Assembly (NCBI GenBank): GCA_020058765.1
Contig: JAGVDM010000006.1
Coordinates: forward strand, 181,488 to 245,487
Length of the DNA: 64,000 nt
From: Candidatus Peribacterales bacterium
GTDB lineage: Bacteria > Patescibacteriota > Gracilibacteria > Peribacterales > Peribacteraceae
Direction of reading: 5' to 3'
A program made the translations under genes and the position numbers. Shown one piece after another: positions 9,801 to 23,795 of this stretch. Numbering within the stretch: position 1 is the first letter of the stretch; each line of letters opens with the position of its first letter. The notes under the pieces were generated by a model. The model had not been told where the DNA came from. It was given only the letters and a program-made list of their open reading frames with translations, and did no database searches.

Positions 9801-10346
9801 GGCACACAAGGCGCGCCCGCCGAAGCAGCCCCAGCGGCGGCAACGCAGACTAGTAATGAAGTGCCAGAGAGTGCTCCGGCGCCAACGGAAACAGCTGAGC
9901 AAGAAGCAATGCCTGCTCAGGCAGAAAGCGAAACGAAAGCATCTGCTGCTCCATCCGCAATTCCTGAACAGTGGCAGCAAAAGTTCGACAGCGCAAAAAC
10001 GCTCATGAAGCGATATGCGGACATGAACACAGCACTGACTCCTGCAGCAAGGCGATCACTCAAAACGGATCTTTCCGCATTGCGCAATTGGCTAAATAGC
10101 CAACGGCAAGGTGCCACTGACACAAGCTCTCAAGCGGAGATCGACGCAATGCTTGGCGAGGTCAATGGAATGCTGACGGAACTCGATACGAGCAGAAAGA
10201 CTGCTGCATCTACCAAAGTAGAAGCGGCTCAATCTGCAGATATTGCGAATATTCCGAGTACGCAACAAACACTCCGGATTAGCCCCGATACGCGTGGCAC
10301 AGATACAGACACTGATTCTAACGTGAATATCCGCGGTCGACGCTAA
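6882..10346 (+). CDS. Large hypothetical protein (1154 aa) with hydrophobic segments and acidic low-complexity region
   Basis: Long ORF. Hydrophobic stretches VLATMYGGAVVGVIAGW and WLAWAIGLLTTTPGLIISGIVAL; T/E/D/A-rich region at about 9390-9960. Confidence 0.85.
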   Translation: MPDGSLPTGAEAEPTASVTDTVAERRRLAEELQRGDASQRLEILRSQLAQERSVGLEGIQKRTTLLRDIIRGNITAEKDQEALLTDLDAVHSETLADMQTKEEINWMDRYAQQYLPYEWSTTAKQRTVLATMYGGAVVGVIAGWKLLKRLWGGTKKAAVNAAKQTTSGAMNVAKWVLIGTGIDHFMLGGRIRNTLFSLANGTLLADAAKEKLEEAKKQAGELVQGAKEAVTDTVDTARETVRTTAATTRDTVASSGAVERAKIAVATPLILRGNVAQADAANLDIYDIRTEENVAAVLQRMESSNVSVGIIQSILNNYRQPVDRGDALYQQLYATEDTNLTTLQRASLKRSCEFVVASFEKHQSNLQAAHSSLPEPKKPFDQMTILEAMNLLAESPLNLAQRFGGAVVKMVENPAARTEILKQFLEEAYETREFVTAEFTEWMRVLTPEEQMTVRSNVLSTALGTLGIAPLSSAPTLINGLSDLNAAEKKLLTAIITEVQEHNPTKTDGVVARAMEGDEAVLQSLERIWKEDLRLKDALQIHYLLRKAEQSGAADIALRLKMLHLLSRYDRVSYGRAGGQLAGSLIEKTLGVATGAINIEDVPPGIRQVVELAAREAKNKGEDWLAWAIGLLTTTPGLIISGIVALRLRLYKPANAILSSPLALHNWQRSADLRFLRYRRKAMFLWLRTEPRSLSEIEQRFRVPASVAAELQTLADQFADKQQKVGTLFRQTRMNLLIRDTLLQIGERRYSWLKSETDTKKIAQIYGLVTPDGKYDLKGAEAIQQHIATTEAQRRGRASKKDMQRAVTRIDRFADLRQKQLQMDGIDLTQAVSVTGEVEQETVTDTDTAADTTEPQATETDTEPDVAAADLERANSAISLLQSDIDALVDAAEDLSTDAKRNAVRRAGDVIFGRLEFVQGMYGHVSGVNDQCDALMQQLEGVQEQVSAAATAVPDAATEQTDTETEQTSEANTGTQGAPAEAAPAAATQTSNEVPESAPAPTETAEQEAMPAQAESETKASAAPSAIPEQWQQKFDSAKTLMKRYADMNTALTPAARRSLKTDLSALRNWLNSQRQGATDTSSQAEIDAMLGEVNGMLTELDTSRKTAASTKVEAAQSADIANIPSTQQTLRISPDTRGTDTDTDSNVNIRGRR

Positions 10347-10356
10347 GCCAACATTC

Positions 10357-13300
10357 ATGCCTGAAACATCTCCTCCACAATCGGCACCGCAACCGATCTT
10401 CGACTTCGATGAGCTGGCGCCTGAACGCGAATCTCTTAAAAAATTGGAATCGGAAAAGACAATTAGCCTGCAAGAATCGGCGAAAGCCGAAATTCTTGCA
10501 CTAACAGAGAATACGCAACACCCTTTGTACGAGCTGCCCCCCAATGCGGATGAGCACCTGCGGCAACTACAGGGAAGTGCGCAGCAAAAAATGATCCTGA
10601 TGGTGGAGTATATGGATGCACTTGCATCCATGGGCGTTAATCAAGATAAGCATGCAGCCTTCGTCGAAACTGCAAATTCTTTCCTTGAAGGAATCCGTGC
10701 ACTGGAATCTGCTGCACAGGAATTCGCACGGGAAGACGTTGCCGCACTTGCCGGATCAGACGAATTTAAAAAGAGCCGATCATCGCTCAAAGAAGCACTG
10801 GGCCTCAAAGGTGAACAGCAGTCATTCGACGATCTGCTTGCGGAGCTGGCATCGCCAATACAATCGCCATCAGCAACAAAAGTAACGCACGAAAAAACAA
10901 TGCAAGCGCGGCTTGATGCAACGTATCAATCGTTGATTGCACTGCAGTACGAATTGCTCACTTTCACATTCGGACCAGCACTACGGAGTCTGCAATATCA
11001 AGAGCAATTCCCTGATCTCCTTGAGGGAGAAAACGCGAATAATCTCACGGCAGAAGAAGTAGATGCAGTACTGAAAACACTCGCTGTATTTGTGCATCAG
11101 CGCAGAATGTACGAGGCGCGTTTACAAAAAGCAGAGCCGGATAAATCGTCAAATATCTATGCATATTTGGGTGTAGCTGCAGAAGAGGTTGCTGAAGAAT
11201 TTGCAGAGGGCAGTATAAATTTCGGTACATTGAAGCCAGGACAAGCTCCGGTGCTGCGCTTTTTAAAACTGCCAAACTGGTTTACGCGAATGGACATAGC
11301 CGCACAGCGCAACATGCTGGTCGGATTCCAAAAGGCGAAAGAAATGCTCGGTGCGAACGCACCAAAGATTTCTGAAGTACTAGGATCTTTGGAAAAATCA
11401 CCGATCGGATCGAAGTTCTGGAAACAGCTCATGACAATAGAGAGCCCCGTAACCGTCGCGCTCTACGCGATGTACGTGCACTCAAGCGGTAACCCATTAA
11501 AGGCAACAATGGACTTTGCAGGATTCCTCGCAACAAGTGCCGCAAGCAACGCTTTGCTCGCATCGGCGACAGAACTTCTTGCAGGAGCAGCACTTGTTGC
11601 GCAACGCGCAAAAAACACCGAACTTGCACTCAGATTACTTACGCTTGCCCGACTCCCAAAGCATCCTGCCATTCAATTCGCAGCGGCAATCGGCATTGCA
11701 CTGGGAATGTCTCCCGTCATTGATGCATGTACTTCATGGGTTGATGAGCAGATACCCGATAGTGCGAAAAAACGAGGTTTGAACAATGCAATCAGTATTG
11801 TATCTGGATCTTCGATTATCGATTCAGCGCAATTTCTTTGGACGGAGAGCGGCTTTGGAAGTATTGATACCGAGACAGATGCAACATCGTATCTTTCGAA
11901 GGAAGTGCTCGCCGGAGCGTGGGACAGCACTGGCATCATCCAAAGCCGAAAAATGAACGGCATCATCGACTGGAACGAAAAAGTAGATCGCGCCGCAGAG
12001 AATGAGACAAACCCTCTCATGCGCAAGCTGCATCAATTGGAGCATGCAGACTACGGTGGCCCATGGGCACAACGACGTGCATTCGAGCTGTATAGCTTCA
12101 CGGAGCAGGCAAAACAGTTGCAATCGGCAATCGGTGCTGAGCTGGTAAAACGAGGAAAGATAAAAAACGCAGGTTCATTTGATCTACTCACCATTGCAAC
12201 ATCGGATACATCTGAGGAACGACCGGACTGGCAAATGAAAATCATGGAAGACGACACGCGCACCGCAACAGGTGCAAGCATCGCATACATCAAAAGCTTG
12301 GGAGAAAAAGACGAACTCTCACAATTATGGAAATCATACCGACCATTACTGAAAATAATTTCCGAACGTGTGGCGACATACAGGCACCTGCAAATTTACA
12401 ACAAGCAAACATGGCTTGGTGATGGGAAACAAAAAGAAATGCCCAAAATGGTGCAGGACGGCATTGCTGCAGAAATCAGTTATCAAATGCAAAGGAAGGA
12501 TATCCTTACCTACAGTAAAAACAGTGGGTACAGCAAAGATCATTTTATGCTGTTGGTTACAGATGTGGAAGAGCGCCGCGCACATCGTGATGTGCCGATG
12601 AAACTGCAAATTACAGATGAAACGGCATGGCCGAATGCATTCACGGATCTTCCTGGTTGGCTTAAACGGCTGCAGAAACACAACGACATTAACAAAAACG
12701 TCATTGATAAAGTCGACCGTCACTTCCTCGAACTTGTACTAGCGAGTCTGAAGGCAGAATCAACTCAAGGAAAAAACGCATTCCGCTTCGCGAAGCTGAG
12801 CGAAAAAATCTTGGCGGAATCCCAGGAGCAGCCGGAACTTGCCATGCATGCCATGCTCATGGCATATGCCAAAACGCTCCCCGACGAGGATATCGCAAAG
12901 CAATTGCATCCATCACGTTGGTGGCAGGATGAATACAACAAATTGCAAGTGATGCATACGAAGGAAAAAGACCCGATCAAACGAGCTGAGCTCAGTAAAA
13001 AAATGCTTAAAACAGCTGCAGACTACCGGGGCAGTGGTGCTGGCGGCGTGAGTTCGCTCGATCTCTACAAAAAAATGCCGAACGATATGAGCGTGAATAC
13101 GCATGTGTGTTTACGGTACGACGTACAAGAGAAAACATGGTACGTCGATACGACTGTGCACGCGGAAATGCCCTACATTGCCATAAGTGGATTAGGGAGC
13201 AGGCATCATTTTCCAAAAATGAATATCCGTGAAACCGTGCCATTCAGCCAGTGGAGAAAAGATAATCCGGTCTCCGCTGCAATTCTCGCTCCAGAAATGA

Positions 13301-14055
13301 TCTGGCATGAGAAGTTTATTACGCAGATGGCGAAGGTGCAGAAAGAGGACGAAGACGCGATGACAGCGCACTACAAAAAGCTGGAGCATCAGCGCATCGA
13401 ACAAGAGAAAACCGATGCGGAACGCGCACGTGATGCAGCCAAGGCACGCCCGAACATGTGGGTGCCTTTCGGGCAGGAAATCGACAATATCCGATACGAA
13501 CGGGTGCTCTATCATGCCGATGGTGATGCCTTCATCTACCTAAAGTCTCCGGAAGATCTTTCCGTTCCTGCATGGCGTTCTGCAGACTCCCCTCCTGCGG
13601 TGATGCAAACCCGTTTGCTGGTAACGCAAAAAGGTAAAAGTTTCTCGATGATAATGGGGCCAAATTACCGCCCGTTCATCGAGCATTTTGAGAACGGGGC
13701 TTATGCAAACATGTCGTATTTGTTCACAGCAGGACTGACATTCCCGTATGCAACAGAATCTGGCGAGCGACTGAATGCGAACAGCATGCGCCAGCCAATC
13801 ATGAATATGCTGGGCACATTTAATTGCAGTAATACAATGTGGCACGTGGATTGGCAGGATGCGGTGGAGAACGCTGTCAAAGACGAACAATTCTATCGCG
13901 ATCCAGAAACCGCGAGCTGGTTCCTGCGGCAGTTGCATACCGAACTTGACTACGCCACTCGTGTCGGCAGCGATTCCAGCAAGCGGAAGCCTCTTACGCT
14001 GAGAGCATTCGTCGACGCAATAGCAAAAACAAAATCCATTGTGAATAAGGGTTGA
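10357..14055 (+). CDS. Large hypothetical protein (1232 aa)
   Basis: Long ORF starting 10 nt after the previous stop. MPETSPPQ N-terminus and Ala-rich hydrophobic hairpin-like segment at about 11440-11730. Confidence 0.85.
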   Translation: MPETSPPQSAPQPIFDFDELAPERESLKKLESEKTISLQESAKAEILALTENTQHPLYELPPNADEHLRQLQGSAQQKMILMVEYMDALASMGVNQDKHAAFVETANSFLEGIRALESAAQEFAREDVAALAGSDEFKKSRSSLKEALGLKGEQQSFDDLLAELASPIQSPSATKVTHEKTMQARLDATYQSLIALQYELLTFTFGPALRSLQYQEQFPDLLEGENANNLTAEEVDAVLKTLAVFVHQRRMYEARLQKAEPDKSSNIYAYLGVAAEEVAEEFAEGSINFGTLKPGQAPVLRFLKLPNWFTRMDIAAQRNMLVGFQKAKEMLGANAPKISEVLGSLEKSPIGSKFWKQLMTIESPVTVALYAMYVHSSGNPLKATMDFAGFLATSAASNALLASATELLAGAALVAQRAKNTELALRLLTLARLPKHPAIQFAAAIGIALGMSPVIDACTSWVDEQIPDSAKKRGLNNAISIVSGSSIIDSAQFLWTESGFGSIDTETDATSYLSKEVLAGAWDSTGIIQSRKMNGIIDWNEKVDRAAENETNPLMRKLHQLEHADYGGPWAQRRAFELYSFTEQAKQLQSAIGAELVKRGKIKNAGSFDLLTIATSDTSEERPDWQMKIMEDDTRTATGASIAYIKSLGEKDELSQLWKSYRPLLKIISERVATYRHLQIYNKQTWLGDGKQKEMPKMVQDGIAAEISYQMQRKDILTYSKNSGYSKDHFMLLVTDVEERRAHRDVPMKLQITDETAWPNAFTDLPGWLKRLQKHNDINKNVIDKVDRHFLELVLASLKAESTQGKNAFRFAKLSEKILAESQEQPELAMHAMLMAYAKTLPDEDIAKQLHPSRWWQDEYNKLQVMHTKEKDPIKRAELSKKMLKTAADYRGSGAGGVSSLDLYKKMPNDMSVNTHVCLRYDVQEKTWYVDTTVHAEMPYIAISGLGSRHHFPKMNIRETVPFSQWRKDNPVSAAILAPEMIWHEKFITQMAKVQKEDEDAMTAHYKKLEHQRIEQEKTDAERARDAAKARPNMWVPFGQEIDNIRYERVLYHADGDAFIYLKSPEDLSVPAWRSADSPPAVMQTRLLVTQKGKSFSMIMGPNYRPFIEHFENGAYANMSYLFTAGLTFPYATESGERLNANSMRQPIMNMLGTFNCSNTMWHVDWQDAVENAVKDEQFYRDPETASWFLRQLHTELDYATRVGSDSSKRKPLTLRAFVDAIAKTKSIVNKG

Positions 14056-14098
14056 AGAAAAAAGCATGGAGGCAGGTATTGAGCGCTACACTAGTAGT

Positions 14099-14878
14099 GT
14101 GACTTTGTCGTATTCTCAGCTCCAGCTCTACCGCCGCTGTCCCAAGCAGTACGAATTTGCTGTGATCAAAAAAATCGGCAGACCGATCAATGCAGGGGAA
14201 AGCTTTGGCGCCTCGGTACATAACACCCTGAAAAAATGGGGGGAACTGGAAATAGAAAGACAGCAGTCAGTGGCCAGCAGTCAACTACTACTCTTCGCCG
14301 AAGAGAAACCTGATCAGTCACCACTGACCACTGACCATTTGCTCACGCTCTGGCATCAATCCTTCATTGTGGAAGGATATGCCACGCGTGCAGAAGCAGA
14401 TGCTGCACGCCAAAGAGGCGAAAAAGTATTACGTGCATTTTATGAGTGGTGGCAGGCAGAGCCGCGCCGCGTTCTCATCATTGAAAAGGGATTTGAAGTC
14501 GCAGTGGATGACGGAACAATTACTGGCAGGCTGGATCGCATCGAACAGCATCCAGACGGACTACATGTGATCGACTTCAAGACTGGCGCTCCTCGTACGC
14601 AGGACGAAGTGGATGCTGATCTGCAGCTCTCTATTTACGCTATGGGCGCAGTACAGCTGCTCGCTGTGCCATGCGCCAAACTCACACTGCTCTTCTTGGG
14701 AGAAGAAGGCGTAACAGCTATGACTACCATGCGCAGTGAGGGGCAACTCAAAGATGCAAAAATACAGATCCGCGCACTCATTGATCGCCTGGAAAGCGGC
14801 GACTACCACCCAACACCCAGCCGCGAAAAATGTCGCAGTTGCCCATACCGTTCGGTTTGTAGTGCATCGGCGGTGTAA
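14099..14878 (+). CDS. PD-(D/E)XK nuclease, RecB/AddB-C/Cas4-like, with four Fe-S-type cysteines
   Basis: LSYSQL..Y..CP, GRLDRI, VIDFKTG, QLSIYA and CRSCPYRSVC. Alternative start at 14066. Confidence 0.85.
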   Translation: MTLSYSQLQLYRRCPKQYEFAVIKKIGRPINAGESFGASVHNTLKKWGELEIERQQSVASSQLLLFAEEKPDQSPLTTDHLLTLWHQSFIVEGYATRAEADAARQRGEKVLRAFYEWWQAEPRRVLIIEKGFEVAVDDGTITGRLDRIEQHPDGLHVIDFKTGAPRTQDEVDADLQLSIYAMGAVQLLAVPCAKLTLLFLGEEGVTAMTTMRSEGQLKDAKIQIRALIDRLESGDYHPTPSREKCRSCPYRSVCSASAV

Positions 14879-14893
14879 GGCATACTCAAACGT

Positions 14894-15334
14894 ATGCAGC
14901 ACGTAAGCGAAATCCTCCGCAATTACCTGTTCCTGATCCCGGTCGTGGTGCTCATTCTTACAGAGCTCGCGAAGGTCTCCGTGCGCACCGTGCAAGAGGG
15001 TGAAAGCTTCTGGAGTGGCCACTGGGTAAAGTGGCTGTTCCGCCCGGGCGGCATCCCAAGCAGTCACTCAGCATTTGTGACATCTCTCCTCATTGTAGTA
15101 GGGCGCAAAATGGCGTTCACATCTGTGGAATTCGCTATTGCGTTCGTATTTGCCTGCATTGTTTGGTACGACGCCATGAGCGTGCGTTACCAAGTAGGCA
15201 AGCAAGCAGAAGTACTCAATCGTTTGCAGCATTGGAAGCATTTCTCCGAACAGCTGGGGCACTCCTTTATGGAAGTGATTGCGGGCATCGCTTTCGGCTC
15301 GGCAGTAACGGCGTTGGGTATCTGGCTGAGTTGA
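14894..15334 (+). CDS. Divergent PAP2 family (DUF212) membrane protein
   Basis: GGIPSSHSA, IVWYDAMSVR..VGKQA and LGHS..EV..G. Confidence 0.88.
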   Translation: MQHVSEILRNYLFLIPVVVLILTELAKVSVRTVQEGESFWSGHWVKWLFRPGGIPSSHSAFVTSLLIVVGRKMAFTSVEFAIAFVFACIVWYDAMSVRYQVGKQAEVLNRLQHWKHFSEQLGHSFMEVIAGIAFGSAVTALGIWLS

Positions 15335-15371
15335 TAGCGGAGCAGAGATGCTCCGGCTACACTTGGCAGCA

Positions 15372-16796
15372 ATGGGACGCATAGCCGACCAACAGAAGGA
15401 CTTTCCGCAGTGGTACCTCGACGTGATTGCCGAGGCAGGCCTCGCAGAGCATGCAGAAGTAAAAGGCTGCATCATTTTTAAGCCCTATGGCTATGCCCTC
15501 TGGGAGCGCATTCAGCAAGATCTCGATCGACGCATCAAGGCGCTTGGCGTACAAAATGCGTATTTCCCTTTGTTCATTCCGGAATCGGTGATTGCAAAGG
15601 AGAAGGATCACATAGAAGGATTCGCTCCCGAATGCGCAGTGGTGACACATGGTGGCGGCAAAGAGTTGGCCGAAAAACTCTACGTGCGTCCTACGAGTGA
15701 AACGATCATCTACACCACCTTTGCAAAGTGGGTGCAGTCGTATCGAGATCTCCCACTCAAGATCAACCAGTGGGCGAACGTCGTACGATGGGAAATGCGT
15801 ACACGTCCGTTTTTGCGCACACTCGAGTTCTTATGGCAGGAAGGCCACACATGCCACGCTACAAAGGAAGATGCAGATGCAATGGTGAACGCTGCGCTGC
15901 AAATGTATGTAGATTTCGATAGAGAGTTCCTCGCCATTCCTGTGGTGCAGGGTCGCAAGCCAGAGCACGAAAAATTTGCAGGAGCGCTCTACACACTCTC
16001 CACCGAAGCACTCGCTCGCGACGGCAAAGCAATCCAAGCTGGCACATCACACAACTTGGGACAGGGCTTCTCTGAGGCGTACGACGTGAGTTACTTGAGC
16101 GAGCAGGGCAAAGCAGAACGGCCATGGATGACAAGCTGGGGTCTCTCCACTCGCATCATCGGAACGTTAATCGTGGTGCACGGTGACGAGAAGGGGCTGC
16201 GCTTGCCACCGAACATCGCACCAATCCAAGCGGTGATTGTACCGATTTATAAGTCAGATGAAGAGAGGGAAAAGGTACTGGAAGCCGCTCGCACACTCAT
16301 AGCTGAGCTGGATGGCGTACGTGTGCATTTGGATGATCGCGATGAGAAATCGCCCGGCTTTAAATTCAACGAATGGGAAGTAAAGGGCGTACCGATCCGC
16401 ATGGAAATCGGGCCAAAAGATTTGGAGAAGAAGCAGGCCATACTCGCCCGGCGCGACACGTCAGAAAAGGCTCCGATGCCACTCAAAGATATTGCAAAGG
16501 CAGTGCCAAAACTCCTGGCAGAAGTGCAGGCGACCTTGCTTGCGCAGGCCGAAGAGTACGTAAAGACGCATACGCACACCGCGAAGAGTATGGACGAGCT
16601 GAAATCGATCATCGAAGCGGACGGAGGATTTGTATGGGCACCATGGGACGGTACGGGTGCCACGGCAAATCGCGTGAAGGAGGAAACCAAAGCAACCATT
16701 CGCATTGTAGGGAGCGAAGAGGATGCCAAGGGAAAGAATGACATCTGCAGCGGCGCACCGGCTGTGACAATGGCGCTGTACGCAAAGGCGTACTAA
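15372..16796 (+). CDS. proS: Proline--tRNA ligase (archaeal/eukaryote-like type)
   Basis: DFPQWY, RPTSET, NQWANVVRWE, EFLWQEGHT, QAGTSH.LG, SWGLSTR and C-terminal AKAY. Confidence 0.97.
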   Translation: MGRIADQQKDFPQWYLDVIAEAGLAEHAEVKGCIIFKPYGYALWERIQQDLDRRIKALGVQNAYFPLFIPESVIAKEKDHIEGFAPECAVVTHGGGKELAEKLYVRPTSETIIYTTFAKWVQSYRDLPLKINQWANVVRWEMRTRPFLRTLEFLWQEGHTCHATKEDADAMVNAALQMYVDFDREFLAIPVVQGRKPEHEKFAGALYTLSTEALARDGKAIQAGTSHNLGQGFSEAYDVSYLSEQGKAERPWMTSWGLSTRIIGTLIVVHGDEKGLRLPPNIAPIQAVIVPIYKSDEEREKVLEAARTLIAELDGVRVHLDDRDEKSPGFKFNEWEVKGVPIRMEIGPKDLEKKQAILARRDTSEKAPMPLKDIAKAVPKLLAEVQATLLAQAEEYVKTHTHTAKSMDELKSIIEADGGFVWAPWDGTGATANRVKEETKATIRIVGSEEDAKGKNDICSGAPAVTMALYAKAY

Positions 16797-16883
16797 TCGC
16801 AGAAACTGCGCAGAGCGCAATCGGATGACACTCGCGCGCATGCAGAAAATGCGTATAATTAGCGCGATTTTCCACCCGACTCC

Positions 16884-17288
16884 ATGAAAAAACTCTCCCT
16901 CCTTTTAGGTTCACTCGGCGGTGCATTCGCCGGCTACATTTTTAGCAATAAAAAGCTCCGCGATGAGCTTACAAATTCAAAAGATGCGGAGCAAGCCGCA
17001 AAGACGCTCGGCAAGCATTTGCAGAAAGACGGGAAAAAGTTCGCCAAGCAGGTTCGCGATTTTGTAGAGAGCGAAGAGGTGCAGGAGAACTTCGGCAAAG
17101 CGAAAGTCTTTGCAAAGGAGAAGCTCGACGAAGCAAAGAAGGAGCTTGGCGAATTGGTACAGCAGGGCAAATCAACTGCGACCAAGCAAATCACAAAGGC
17201 AAAGAAGCAGGCCAAAAAGTCTGTAAAGAAAGCAGTCTCCGGCCGCAAGCCCGCTCGAATGAAGACGAAGACTCGCACGGTGGCGTAA
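16884..17288 (+). CDS. YtxH-like protein with Lys-rich C-terminal tail
   Basis: N-terminal LLLGSLGGAFAGYIFS..K.LRD.L followed by amphipathic helices and a KKAKK-rich tail. Confidence 0.55.
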   Translation: MKKLSLLLGSLGGAFAGYIFSNKKLRDELTNSKDAEQAAKTLGKHLQKDGKKFAKQVRDFVESEEVQENFGKAKVFAKEKLDEAKKELGELVQQGKSTATKQITKAKKQAKKSVKKAVSGRKPARMKTKTRTVA

Positions 17289-17304
17289 TACTGTGGAAAT
17301 ACAT

Positions 17305-17337
17305 GACCGTCGCTCTCCAAAAGGGCGGCGGTCTTTT
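17305..17337 (+). terminator. Intrinsic terminator
   Basis: GACCGTCGCTCT/AGGGCGGCGGTC stem (with G-U pairs) followed by TTTT. Confidence 0.75.
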
Positions 17338-17409
17338 CGTCTTGTAGAGAAAACTGATTGTATGGTCTACAATCCATCAGAATTGTTCATTTGTTCCTCC
17401 TCATAAATC

Positions 17410-19482
17410 ATGCCTTTCTCTTCACTCCCCTTCACGAGTCCGCTCTCTAGTTTCCTCACACTCGCAATCGGCAGCGGCGTGCTCGCGCTGTTCATTGCAC
17501 TCATCTTCCGTGTCATTATTGGCACCAAGAGTGCCGGTACTCCGCAAATGCAAGCGATCAGCGCAATGGTGCGCGCCGGAGCGATGGCATTCCTGCGGAA
17601 GGAATACTCCGTGATCTTGGTCTTCGTGATCGTGGTAGCCGGCTTACTGTATTGGTTCCTGGATCGCACCAACCCGGCATGGGAAGAACCGTACACCGCT
17701 GGCGCATTCGTACTCGGCGCATTCTGTTCGGTATTGGCAGGATTCATTGGCATGCGCACGGCAACAATCGCAAACGTGCGCACGGCACACGCCGCACGCC
17801 AAAGCCTTGGTGGTGCGTTGCGCATCGCATTCTTAAGCGGTGCAACAACAGGTCTTGCTGTTGTTGGACTGGGTCTTCTTGGGCTCGCAGGCACCCTGCT
17901 ATACCTCATAGAGGTAGCTGGTCTACAAATGGGTAGCGCATTGGAAATTCTCACTGGATTCAGCTTCGGCGCATCTGCCGTGGCACTGTTTGCTCGCGTG
18001 GGTGGCGGTATCTACACGAAGGCAGCAGACGTAGGCGCAGACTTGGTAGGAAAAGTAGAAAAGAATATCCCAGAGGATGATCCTCGCAACCCTGCAGTGA
18101 TCGCAGACAACGTAGGCGACAACGTAGGCGACGTAGCGGGTATGGGCGCTGACCTCTTCGAAAGTTACGTAGGATCAATTGTGGCTGCAATGCTCATCGC
18201 TCTCTCTGCAAACCTGGGAATGAATGCAGTGCTATTCCCTCTATTGATTGCAAGCATTGGAGTGGTTGCAAGCATACTCGGCACAACCGTGGTGCGCACA
18301 AAGCGCGGCAGCGACAACGTGCACGGCGCACTGAAGCGCGGCATTATCTTTGCGTCCGTATTGCTTGTACTTGGTGCCATGTGGCTCTGTTGGCAACTCT
18401 TGGGAGACATGGCAATGGGCGTCTTCATTTCGGTAGTCACTGGATTGCTCGTTGGTCTGTGCATTGGCTTCCTTACGGAGTACTACACATCGAGCGAATA
18501 CAAGCCAGTGCAGAATTTGGCTGGCTCTGCCAAAACAGGTGCAGCAACCACAATCATTAGTGGGCTTGCACTCGGTTACACATCCACCTTCTGGCCAGTC
18601 GTGTTGATTTGTATTGGCATTGGCGTGGCATATGCACAGGCCGGCCTGTACGGCATTGCCATTAGCGCAGTAGGTATGCTCTCCACGCTCGGTATTACCT
18701 TGGCAGTGGATGCCTACGGCCCCGTGGCCGATAACGCAGGCGGTCTTGCGGAAATGGCTAAGCTGCCAAAGCAAGTACGCGTGCGCACCGATGCGCTGGA
18801 CTCCGCAGGCAACACCACCGCTGCAATCGGAAAAGGATTCGCAATCGGTTCTGCGGCACTCACTGCACTCGCACTCTTTGCTGCATTCAATGAGAAGGCA
18901 GAACTCACAACAATCAGCCTCACCACTCCAACGACACTCATTGGCCTGCTTATTGGAGGCACGTTACCGTTCCTCTTCTCTGCAATGACCATGAACGCAG
19001 TGGGTCGTGCAGCATTTGCCATGATCGAAGAGGTGCGACGCCAGTTCAAAGAGATCAAAGGCCTTATGGAAGGCAAAGCACAGGGTGACCCTGCCCGCTG
19101 CGTGAGCATTGCAACCGGCGCAGCGATCAAAGAAATGATTGTACCCGGCTTGCTTGCAGTCTCCTTCCCTATCGCCACAGGTGTGGTTTTGGGCACAGAA
19201 GCTCTTGGCGGCCTGCTCGCGGGCGCCCTGCTCTCTGGAGTGCTTATGGCCATTTCCATGGCCAACAGCGGTGGTGCATGGGACAACGCGAAGAAGTACA
19301 TCGAAGCCGGCAACTTGGGTGGCAAAGGTTCCGACGCACACAAGGCCGCAGTAGTGGGTGACACCGTCGGCGATCCATTCAAAGACACATCCGGTCCTTC
19401 CATCAACATCTTGATCAAGCTGATGACAGTGGTCTCGGTACTCACAGCAGGGCTGTATTCCGCCAACGGTCTCATCGGCTAA
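17410..19482 (+). CDS. hppA: Membrane-bound ion-pumping pyrophosphatase, K+-dependent, probably Na+-translocating
   Basis: [41 protein letters not shown] and [14 protein letters not shown]. Confidence 0.96.
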   Translation: MPFSSLPFTSPLSSFLTLAIGSGVLALFIALIFRVIIGTKSAGTPQMQAISAMVRAGAMAFLRKEYSVILVFVIVVAGLLYWFLDRTNPAWEEPYTAGAFVLGAFCSVLAGFIGMRTATIANVRTAHAARQSLGGALRIAFLSGATTGLAVVGLGLLGLAGTLLYLIEVAGLQMGSALEILTGFSFGASAVALFARVGGGIYTKAADVGADLVGKVEKNIPEDDPRNPAVIADNVGDNVGDVAGMGADLFESYVGSIVAAMLIALSANLGMNAVLFPLLIASIGVVASILGTTVVRTKRGSDNVHGALKRGIIFASVLLVLGAMWLCWQLLGDMAMGVFISVVTGLLVGLCIGFLTEYYTSSEYKPVQNLAGSAKTGAATTIISGLALGYTSTFWPVVLICIGIGVAYAQAGLYGIAISAVGMLSTLGITLAVDAYGPVADNAGGLAEMAKLPKQVRVRTDALDSAGNTTAAIGKGFAIGSAALTALALFAAFNEKAELTTISLTTPTTLIGLLIGGTLPFLFSAMTMNAVGRAAFAMIEEVRRQFKEIKGLMEGKAQGDPARCVSIATGAAIKEMIVPGLLAVSFPIATGVVLGTEALGGLLAGALLSGVLMAISMANSGGAWDNAKKYIEAGNLGGKGSDAHKAAVVGDTVGDPFKDTSGPSINILIKLMTVVSVLTAGLYSANGLIG

Positions 19483-19502
19483 CCCTGGTAACTCGCAAGA
19501 AC

Positions 19503-19530
19503 AAGAGCCACCCCAAGGGTGGCTCTTTTT
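19503..19530 (+). terminator. Intrinsic terminator after hppA
   Basis: AAGAGCCACCC-CAA-GGGTGGCTCTT followed by TTT. Confidence 0.85.
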
Positions 19531-19581
19531 GTAGGTCAGCATGCTTGCTCCGCTTGCGCCTCGCGCTATAGTCACTCCCTT

Positions 19582-23788
<4,207 letters not shown>

Positions 23789-23795
23789 ACAGAAA

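Noticed and set aside
6882..14055. Prophage tape-measure or tail genes
   Set aside because: No integrase, terminase, capsid or tail neighbours.
14099..14878. CRISPR-Cas locus suggested by the Cas4-like nuclease
   Set aside because: No repeat-spacer array or other cas genes seen in the window.
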